A DNA stretch of 63,180 bases, filler included, from Kipferlia bialata (Eukaryota): assembly GCA_003568945.1 (NCBI GenBank). It is 6 parts of 6 records of this genome, joined end to end, with 100 filler letters (N's around TTAATTAATTAA, not from the genome) between each part and the next. Parts side by side here need not be neighbours in the genome. Positions count along the whole stretch, not along the records: positions 1 to 15,241 come from BDIP01000723.1; positions 15,342 to 30,575 come from BDIP01000724.1; 4 more parts are not named here. The stretch is one strand, 5' to 3'. Below are positions 12,158 to 22,164 of the stretch, in pieces. The notes under the pieces are model-generated. The model saw only the letters and a list, made by a program, of their open reading frames with translations, was not told the origin of the DNA and ran no database searches. The stretch's first letter is position 1; every line of letters starts with the position of its first letter. Both the position numbers and the translations under genes were made by a program.

Positions 12158-14090
12158 ATGGGAGGATATATTCCACCTCACAAACGCACACTCAGGGCAG
12201 AAGAGGTTGAGGTTGGTTCGGTTGAGTACCAACGTGCTGAGTGGGACTCTATGAAGAGAAGCCTCAAGGGACTCTTCAATCGGGTACGAAATGGTGAACT
12301 ACTGTTGATCACAACCTGAACTCTGTCTTGTATACTTATGTCTGAATAATTTTACGTCAGGTGAACGTCGACAACACCCCTTATGTACTTCGGGACTTGT
12401 TCCGTGTCAATCTGATTCGTGGGAGGGGACTCTTTGCTAAGATTCTGCTAGAGACTCAAGCAGCTGACCCTGGCAGAACACCAGTTTATGCTGCGCTGGT
12501 GGCTGTAGTGAATGCAAAGCTACCAGATGTTGGCAGGCTTGTGGCTCACCGTGTGGTTGACATCTTTTCCTCTTCCATTCAGAGTGGCCAGAAGGCCGCC
12601 TGTCTTAATGCTGGGAGGTTCCTCGCACATCTGGCGAATCAGGGTGTAGTGAACGAGCTACTCGTTATCGAGGGCGTGTACATGCTTCTTCTACGGCCGA
12701 CTCCAGCATCAGTAGATGTTGCTGTCGAAATGGTGCGGTTGTGTGGTCAAATGCTCAGTTCCAGTGCCTCTGCCGGAATGGAAGCTGTCTTCGCCCGCCT
12801 CAGAGAGATATTGGAGGTTCCCGATACAGTTAGAAGGATCCGGTATGCAGTTGAGTCCCTGTTTGCTAGCAGACGAACAGGGTTTGGGGACTTCCCACAG
12901 CTTCCTGCTGGTCTGGCCCTTGTTGACCCATCAGATCAGGTACTGACTGTGGATGTGTTTGAGATTCTCACACTTTCTCTCTATTACGTGTCAGCCCGTA
13001 GTGACTCATCTTAAGGTCCGCCATTCCGTGTCCCTAGGTATCGGTGGCACACGCAGCAAGCTAAAGACCCGTCCAAAGCTTGACTGGTTTGTGGAGACTG
13101 AGGCCCCCCGCTATATGCTGGACACTGCAGCGTGGGAACGCATCAGTGGTGCGATTGTGCCTCAGATGGACAGTCTCGTGCCTGGACCCGAGGAGAGAGA
13201 AGCTGATGTGGCATCATCTGGTGAAGCTGGTGGTGACTCCAAGGTGCAGGAGCTTGTGAGGGACCAGCGGCCTGGGGCCCAGGTCGAGTATGCAGCCGCA
13301 GGCCCAGTTGATAGAGTTGACATGACAGACACAGATCGTATCCGTTACCGCCGTAAGGTGTACCTGGCTCTGCACTCAAGTGCGACTCATGACGAGGCAG
13401 TCCACAAGATGTTGAGGGCAGGTGTAGCGGGTCCTGGATCCGAGGAAGCTCTTGTGGACATGTTGTTGGATTGTGTGTCTCAGCTGCAGACATACCTACC
13501 ATTCTTCGGAGCCGTGTCCACACGCCTCTGCCAGCTTCACACCAAGTGGCAGGATGCCTTCGACGCTGCATTCCACTCCCGTTATGAGTCCCTGCATCAG
13601 GTCGACACAAAGGCTATTCGTAACATCGCTCGCCTCTACGCTCATCTTCTATGCTGTGATGCGCTGCCTTGGGAGATCATGGATGGAGTGCGTCTCTCCG
13701 AGTCCACTACCACTGCCTCGTCTCGTATCTTCCTCAAGGTAAGTACCTTTTCCTGGGGGTTTCCTTCTTTCTATTCCAGTGTCACAATCACTATTCATCT
13801 CATTTCAGGTACTTCTCCTTCAATGCGCTTCTGGTCTAGGAGTCAAGCCTCTCTGCAAAGTGTTGCAGGACAAGGATAACGCACCATATGTGGCTGGCCT
13901 CTTCCCAGACAGTCCCCTCGCAGATGCAGTGTTTGCATGTGACTTCTTTGCTGTGGTCGGGTTGGGTGACCTAGCGGCACCACTGAGGGAGTTTGTTGTG
14001 TCAGAGAGAGAGAGGGAGAGGGTGGATCGGCGTCTAGAAGATGTGATCTCCGAAGATGAGAGTTACTCTTACTCTTACAGTGACGATTGA
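12158..14090 (+). CDS. CWC22: Pre-mRNA splicing factor CWC22 (MIF4G plus MA3), 4 exons
   Basis: MGGYIPP...EYQRAEWDSMKRSLKGLFNR|VNVDN...NLIRGRGLF...YAALVAVVNAKLPDVG...FLAHLANQGV...RRKVYLALHSS...TTASSRIFLK. Confidence 0.96.
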
Positions 14091-15241
14091 GATGTATCTA
14101 TTTATATTTCGACTTCATGTGTATATTCAATTGACCCCCTCAGCATTAGCCTGTGGTCGTGGTTGGTGTGTGAGAAGAAGAGGAGGGACTCTTGTCAACT
14201 TTGCTTGTGACGCTGCAAACAGGCAGGTCAAGTCTTCGCAGATGACATCATTCGACTCTGCATCGGGAGACCTGACCCAGGGTTACTACGTAGACGACAT
14301 TAATTGTTGTTCCTGTCGCGGCATTCCGCCTTACGTGTTCACTTCTAGGCCTAATACACTAAGAGCAGTATAGTTGGATTATCGGATTGATGCCTCCGGC
14401 AGAGGGAGAATAGTATAAGTATTCAATATAGATCAATGAAGACGTATTTATATATATATATAACATATATGATCCTTATTCTAATTTGATACTTAAATTC
14501 AGGTTTGGGTCATGAAGACTCTTCTCAGAAGAGCCAAATTATCTTTAATACTAAGTCGAATATACTGTGGCCACTATGAGGATCAAGGATGGAGAGACAT
14601 CGAGACCTGATCCCGTTGGGCCTAGTGTATCCAGCGGTTTCCAATTACTCGCTCCTATTCCAATATTAGTCCGCCTTGGGGGTGTAATAGTAATCTGTTA
14701 TCCCTCCTAGTCCCTCCCGGTGTAAAGGATATGAGCAAGAGTCAAACATAGTATACGTTTTACCGAAATTCACATAGTAGTAACTTATGGATTATACAAA
14801 CGGTGTACAAACGGTCGACTAGGATATGAGGACAATCTCAACAGTATTGTATACGTTATAGTGATGTTAACACGGATTGTCTGGACAAGGTTGGTTGGGA
14901 GCGAAAATGTGGTGTTAGAGGACTATTCGAGGTCTCCAATTAGCCATAAGATTGGCAAAACAATCGTACTCCCGCGTATTTAATAAATACGATAAATACT
15001 ATATATATTTATATATGCCAATTACTCTAAAGAATACTGCAATTGAAGCGGCTTAAACACTGAAGTATTATACTTAGTATATGAGGCTGCAAAAAGGGTC
15101 CTGACATGTTTTGGCTACATTATCATGTGTATATGACACACATGAGCGAATACTTCCTGTACATGTTCAGATATCGTCAAGCAGTATCTCCAATTCCACT
15201 CCTTCTCTGTGACATCGATTCTATTCATGCTGCTATAATCC

Positions 15242-15341
15242 NNNNNNNNNNNNNNNNNNNNNNNNNNNNNNNNNNNNNNNNNNNNTTAATTAATTAANNN
15301 NNNNNNNNNNNNNNNNNNNNNNNNNNNNNNNNNNNNNNNNN
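15242..15341. other. Artificial contig spacer
   Basis: Ns flanking TTAATTAATTAA (stop in all six frames), 100 nt total. Confidence 0.98.
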
Positions 15342-15421
15342 CATTATGCACGACCGCGCTACACTAGCCCCATATTCGTGTAGCGCAGGTTCGATTACAT
15401 AGAAATATGGAATAGGGCCAT

Positions 15422-15716
15422 GGGACCGAACTTTTTGGGAGAAAAGGGTCTAGAGAAAATCCGGAAATATTCCGAATACAATTCAGATTTTCGGATATTG
15501 ATAGGGTGCAGCGTCCCCAGTCCGCCCTAAGGGCGAACGGGACGCTGCCTTCAGAGTCGCTGCGCTCCCTCATTATAGTGACCCCTTCGGGGATACTGCT
15601 TCAAGAATTGGCTAGCCCCTTCGGGGATACTGCTTCAAGAGATATAGGAGTTTTCAAGACCAGAATCGGAAAATGGGAAATGCCGATTATTTTTGATTTT
15701 CAAAAAGTTCGGTCCC
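15422..15716. mobile_element. Putative MITE-like or structured repeat element
   Basis: Perfect 16-bp inverted repeat gggaccgaactttttg (15422-15437) / caaaaagttcggtccc (15701-15716). Internal hairpin 15508-15548 and 25-nt direct repeat (15582-15606, 15616-15640). No clear target-site duplication. Confidence 0.45.
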
Positions 15717-16321
15717 CCCCCGCTTTCGTTTCTGACTTTGTGTAGTACTTTTAGGGCCATTGTTATAACGCCGTTACCGGCTTTGTGCAGTGTTTATACT
15801 TTTAGAGTCATTTTATTTACCTCAGGGCTAAGGAATTGAAGCTGTTGCTCAAGGAACAGACTGATCTTAAGAGGCAGGCTAAGAGGAACGCCCAGAGCTT
15901 GAGAGAAGTACGATTTATTCATCTTCGAGGCACTGGTAGTATTCATTCCCACCCTCGTAGTATGTATTCTATGGATACATTGTTTGTGACATTTGGTATG
16001 TCAGTGAAATAGATTTTCAACTAGCCCGTTTGTAGTGAATTGGATACTGGCCTCTTTACCTGTTCGGTGTTACGTCATAAGACGATACACCAATATAACA
16101 CTGGGGACCAAACTATGTTATATTGTATAGATACTACTCTATAAGGCTAATAACTCATATATTGATATATTAACCTATTCACAAACAATTTAAAAATAGA
16201 ATGCTAATTTCAAAATGCTTAAAATGATGACCCATTCTGTGGCTGAGGGTGTACAGTGAATTCGTGTCACAGCCTGGTGAAGTGACCCTAGCTTCTTCTC
16301 TTCTTAGTACTGTTGTCTAAT

Positions 16322-17776
16322 ATGTCCCTGTCCTCCTTCACCAAGTCCCTTGTGCACTGTGCCGATGGATCCTTCAAGAACATCATCATCGGCATCCAGG
16401 TACATACATACTTATAGTTAGTTACTATTACACCAACCCATATGTATATATACAGTACACTTGACACACACATATATTGTCTATATGGGTATACATCGAC
16501 AAATACAGACACCGTGGTGGTGGCATACTACAAGAACATCGTCATAGGCAGGGCAGACATATTGAGGTTAGACTCAGATGACATGTTTACAGTACACTTC
16601 CTCTTACCACCTTTATCTTCACATATATTGGTATTCAAGTTACAACGGTGTGTATATGGTCGTGGCGTTACATGGAGTGGTCTCTTGTTGCTTGTGTACC
16701 ATATTTGTGGCTCTTACCCAATATGTGTTGTTAGTCTCATTTAGTCCATTTTCAGTTTGGAACTGATATTTATATCCATTGCACATTGCCTAGAGGATAC
16801 ACTCTTTCTTGCTTTATGTATGTATCAGTATACATATACATATACACCGAGTTACCTAGATTGTTGAGGAACGGTTGTTCCCAAGACGTCTCTCTCTCTC
16901 TCTCTCAATCTCCCCCTCCCTTCCCCCTCCCCTATAACTCTCATCTTACCCTCAGGTCCAGAACCGTGCTGTCAACTCCGTTCCCCTCCAGCAGGTCAGT
17001 GGTTGTCTCTCTCTCTATCGCTACACTCTTATATATTCCCCTCTCTCTCTCTCTCTCTCTCCCCCTCCCCCCTCTCTACATCCTTATCCTCCTCCAGCAG
17101 GTCAATCTTTATCATTCTCTGTTTTCTTTTCTCTCTCTCCTTCTGCCAAGTACGGCTGCTCCATCAACAGCAGTATTCCCCTCTCTCCCTCTCTCTCTCT
17201 CTCCCTAACCCCTTATTGCAGGCCCTGACCAAGTACGGCTGCTCCATCCACACTTCTCTCTCCCCTCCCCCCCTAGCAGGGGCCCTATACCCTCTATTCT
17301 CTCCCCCTATACCCTTATGGCAGGCCCTGACCAAGTACGGCTGCTCCATCCACACTAGGGTTGGTCTCCACGACGTCGCCGGCAACTACTGCTCCCCCAA
17401 CGGTATGTGTGTATTTGTCTTATACATTCTCTTTACATATATGTGTACCTATGGTAGATTTAGAGGTACTGTAGTTCTCTCTCGCTCTCTCCATGGGTAT
17501 ATATACTTATATATTCTGCATCTAATATTAGGCACTGTCATTGTGACCTGCGAGGGCGAGGAGGCCCCCCGTCTCTCTCTCTGTACATATATATAAGTAT
17601 ACACATATACTCTACCTAGTATCAGGCACTGTCATTGTGACCTGTGAGGGCGAGGAGGCCCCTGTCCAAATATACTCTCTCTCTCTCTCTATTATATATA
17701 TATATACTATATATGTATCTATTGTGTATGTATCTAATATCAGGCACCGTCAATGTGACCTGTGAGGGCGAGGAGG

Positions 17777-17831
<55 letters not shown>

Positions 17832-18151
17832 ATACATATAAGTATAACCTATACTCTACCTAATATTAGGCACTGTCATTGTGACCTGTGAGGGCGAGGA
17901 GGCCCCTGTGCTTGAGATGATCAAGGCCATCAACGGCATCAAGGGTAAGTTTGTATATATTATTTGTTTATATACATATAGAGCGAGAGAGAGAGAGAGA
18001 GAGACTCTCGAGATCAAGGCCATCATACTTGTGTACATATATATTCACCCCAGGCGTCACTGAATATCTGCTATTCATAGAATTACTCTATATATAGGTA
18101 TATATACTCACCCCAGGCGTCAACTCCAAGACCATCGAGTTCGACATGTAA
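16322..18151 (+). CDS. Small (~101 aa) ACT-like protein resembling the bacterial 'iron-only hydrogenase system regulator' (TM1266-related) family, 5 exons
   Basis: Exons 16322-16399, 16956-16994, 17324-17402, 17870-17944, 18117-18151 splice in frame to MSLSSFTKSLVHCADGSFKNIIIGIQVQNRAVNSVPLQQALTKYGCSIHTRVGLHDVAGNYCSPNGTVIVTCEGEEAPVLEMIKAINGIKGVNSKTIEFDM*. Not visible in the ORF track. Family assignment is from memory of the LTxYGCxIxTRxGLH...CSxNG motif. Confidence 0.75.
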
Positions 18152-18437
18152 AGTGGCCACCGAACCAGACAGGACCCTTTTCTCACACACTTCCACCATT
18201 GAGGGTCTATTAGGTTGCTGTGTTGGATGACTGCTACTCTCCCCACTCACCATGCCATCCTCTCTTGCACCGGTTGTTGAATAGATATTCTCCACCTAGT
18301 TGTTGTTCTGTGGTTATAGGCCTAGTATTAATACAGTCTGCAAAGAAGAGTCTTTTTGGGTTTGGTATTAATGTCGGTTTCGACCGGTATCTAAACCCAA
18401 CTGTCATGACACTGATCGTTGGTCTTCAGTAGCAAGA

Positions 18438-20756
18438 ATGAAGCTTATCCTCGTTATTGCCGCCCTTGTGGTAAGTTCAACCCTATTAGAGTGTTATTTA
18501 CTTGTATTTATGGCCTTTTCAATGAAGATTGGTCCATACCGGGGGTGATTGACGATGTATGCTTCTTTGTGGGTCTTTTCCCGTTATTAGATGATTTGTG
18601 GTCGTTAGTGGATCACTTAAGATGTATGAATTACATTCATATGTCTCTTGTGAGCCTATGTGTCATGACATGTAGTGTATTGGTGGATTTCCATACAGTC
18701 AACATGGATTGGTAACTGTCTTGCTTCTCAATCGTCTCTCTCTCTCTCTGAGTGTGCATTTCCTCCTCTCACCATAGGCCCTGGCTGCTTGCCTGCCCTC
18801 TGAGTTCCAGCAGTTCTCCATTGCCTCTGTCGAGACCTCCCAGGTATCATATACTTTAGTATTATATATATATACTATTCGCCGCAATGTATATATAATA
18901 GATGTACATTTATGTATGTACTTATTAATTGCCTATATATGTGTGTCCAGCAGTTCTCCATTGCCTGCTGTACATACACCAAGTACATACACTTCTATCA
19001 CACAATGGGAGTCGGAGTGTTTTTATGAATAGATAAATATACATGCATCTCACCCTTAGACCGATGGCCCCTCCCCCACCCCCGCCCCCATTAGGAGCAC
19101 TGTACAGGGAGTGGACATTGACGTCCTCGTCAACATCGGTATGTACAATATATGTACACACTCATATACCCCCCCCCCTTTCCTCCTCTCTCTCTCTCCC
19201 TCTAGCCCCTCATTTCAGGAAAGGCTGCCTGGACTATTGTCAATGACAACAAGTCCGTGTTCAACTACGACTCCGACTCTGCCTACATCGTGCCTGAGGG
19301 TGAGTATATGGTATATATAGTAAATATGCATCATATATACATTGGTTGTAGTAGACAATTGTGTATGTACTGACACATATCTGTACTCATTTTAGACATC
19401 ACCAACTGGACCCAGCTCCGGTACTATACATATGTATTCAGTTACATATCAATATATTCATATATACATAAGTATATACAGTATGTATATATACACATAT
19501 ACTCACCTTAGGAATCACCAACTGGACCCAGCTCGAGTACTATACATATGTTTATATATGGTATTAATTACATATCAATATATACATAAGTATATATAGT
19601 ATGTATTTATACATCTTCTCACCCTAGGCATCACCAACTGGACCCAGCTTGAGTACTATACATATTACAATTTATATGTATATATATTCAATTACACATT
19701 AATATGTATATATTTACGTATATATTGTATGTATATATACTTATACTCATCCTAGGCATCACCAACTGGACCCAGCTTGAGTACTGGAGCCCCCCCGTCT
19801 CTGTAGGGTGAGTCTCTCTCTCTCTCTCTTCCTCTAGCCCCTTATATTCAGCTCAAGGCTGAGTGTCAGTATCTCTCTTTCTCTCTCTCTCTCTCTCTTC
19901 CTCTAGCCCCTTATATATATATTCAGCTACAAGGCCGAGCTAGTCTCTCTCTCTCTCTCTCTCCCTCTAGCCCCTTATTTTCAGCTACAAGGCCGAGTGG
20001 AAGAACGAGCTTGGCCTCCACATCTGCGACTTTGAGTGGGCCCTGATGTACACATACGGAGGTATATATGAATATATATATTAATCATTATAGAGAGTAC
20101 ATGTATCTATGTATATATGTATATGTATATATCTGCGACTTTGAGTGGGCCCTGATGTACACATACGGAGGTATATATATATAGTATACACACTATATAT
20201 TAGTACTCTCTATTCAGAGAGAGATAGAGTCTATGTATCTGCGACTTTGAGTGGGCCCTGATGTACACATACGGAGGTTTGTATATAGTATATGTATATA
20301 TTTGTACATGTTCTCTGTAGTATAGTATCATCGTCATAGTATGCTCATATATATATGCTAACCACTAGGAGAGTACAACGATGCCGGCCAGTACCTGTCC
20401 CACGTCACCATTGAGCCCAAGGTATATATATAATATGTATAATATATATTATACCTATATATAAATACTATACAATATATACTCATAGTATATGTATATG
20501 TATCTGTCCCCCGTCACCATCGACCCAAGGTATCTCTCTCTCTCTCTTTCTAGACCCTTTCCCTCACCCTAGCACGTCAACCTCGACTGGGGCTACTCTG
20601 CCAATGTCCATGTCTCTCTCTCTCTCTCCCTCTACACCCTTTATTCACCCTAGCACGTCAACCTCGACTGGGGCTACTCTGCCAACGTTCAGGTCACCAT
20701 CCCCGCTGACCCCGTCAACCTCGGTACGATACTCTCTCTACACTCTTATACTGATA

Positions 20757-20789
<33 letters not shown>

Positions 20790-20964
20790 GCACCCAAAAT
20801 ATTCTGTAAATTCTTCCTAAAACTGACCGTGTCAACCTCGTTATGATACTCTCTCTCTCTATCTCTCTCCTCTAAGTCTTGCTATTGCTGTATTTTCCAT
20901 GATCATCCACTGCCTCTCTCTCCCTCTACACCCTTATTCCAGGCTCCACTGAGACCCCCCGTTG

Positions 20965-20996
<32 letters not shown>

Positions 20997-21439
20997 TACA
21001 CCCTTATTCCCCTCTACACCCTTATTCCAGGCTCCACTGAGTCCCCCATTGCCGGAATCGAGATCAGGTACAAGAGAAGATACATATGTCTGTTTATCAC
21101 ATACATTACACCTCTCATTCACTCTCCTTCCTGGTGTTTCTCTCTCTCTCTCTCTACACCCTTATTCCAGGATGGTCGTTGACTTCACCTACCTCGGATT
21201 CGACGAGGGCTCCTGGACCTACCACGTGAGTGAATCTCTCTCTCTATTTCTCTCTCTCTCTCTCTACACCCTCATACTCCTCTCTGGTGGAGCAATAGAC
21301 TTCTTCTATTCCTCTCTCGCTCTCTCTCTCTCTCCCTTCACACCCTTTCTTCTATTCCTCTCTCTCTCTCTCTCTCTCTACACCCTTTACTCACCCTCAG
21401 TGGTTTGTCCAGGGTGACGGCGCCTACCAGGTCCTGTAA
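18438..21439 (+). CDS. Secreted hypothetical protein with signal peptide, 11 exons
   Basis: Spliced reading MKLILVIAALV|ALAACLPSEF...|...DVLVNIG|KAAWTIVNDNKSVFNYDSDSAYIVPEG|ITNWTQLEYWSPPVSVG|YKAEWKNELGLHICDFEWALMYTYGG|EYNDAGQYLSHVTIEPK|HVNLDWGYSANVQVTIPADPVNLG|STESPIAGIEIR|MVVDFTYLGFDEGSWTYH|WFVQGDGAYQVL*. All junctions GT-AG and phase-compatible. Confidence 0.85.
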
Positions 21440-22164
21440 ACGGCATGTCTGCAAAGTGCTAAGTGCGATATTAGGGTCTATTGTTAGACTCTCTTCTAGC
21501 ACTTATCATGATGATCCCAATATGACTGAATGTGTGTTAATGATGTGATGTGTCTGCAACTTGCTGCATGATGCGGCTGCAGTGGACAAGGAATGTGAAT
21601 GGATGAATTTAGTGTGTTGCTTGGTCCTAGTGGAGTGAGAGTAATATGTAGTATTGGACTAATAATCCTCACATTCAACCACTCAAAGAGAGCCCCACTT
21701 CTGTTTCCCTTTGCTTTCTCTATCAACTATAGCGACTGTTCTATACTATTTGGTTTGGCCAGTGCATAATGCACTCTCTGAGCTGGTGATACCATCAGGC
21801 CCTGAATCAGGGATCATTACAATACCTGGCAAATAATGATCAGATGAATTATCGGAGTTACCGACATGGGTGCCCATAATCAGTCTGATAATGGGCTCAG
21901 ACTTCTCTGTACGGACGTCAACAAATACTTCAAGCACCCGCTTCTCCCTCTACAATCTATTATTGCTCTATACACTGGGAGAAACAAAGGATCCTCCCAA
22001 AACAAGGGTATATACACAAATTATGTCTGAGAGACTACTCTCCCTCTCTCTTCCTCCCAAACACAATCTACCGTCTCAGAAGAGTGTCACTTTAGACACA
22101 GAGATAATAAGGGGCTGTCTAGGCCACCCACCAGTTCTACATCTACCTCTCTCTCTCTCTCTCT

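Noticed and set aside
14100..15241. Possible small gene downstream of CWC22
   Set aside because: Some splice-like signals, but no consistent spliced ORF or recognisable motif.
15286..15297. TTAATTAATTAA palindrome repeated five times in the window
   Set aside because: Always embedded in a 100-nt N spacer. It is an artificial six-frame-stop linker, so genes on different contigs are not neighbours.
19385..19808. Regularly spaced ~25-nt repeats resembling a CRISPR array
   Set aside because: The repeats are exon fragments, the spacers resemble each other and are intronic, the context is eukaryotic and there are no cas genes.
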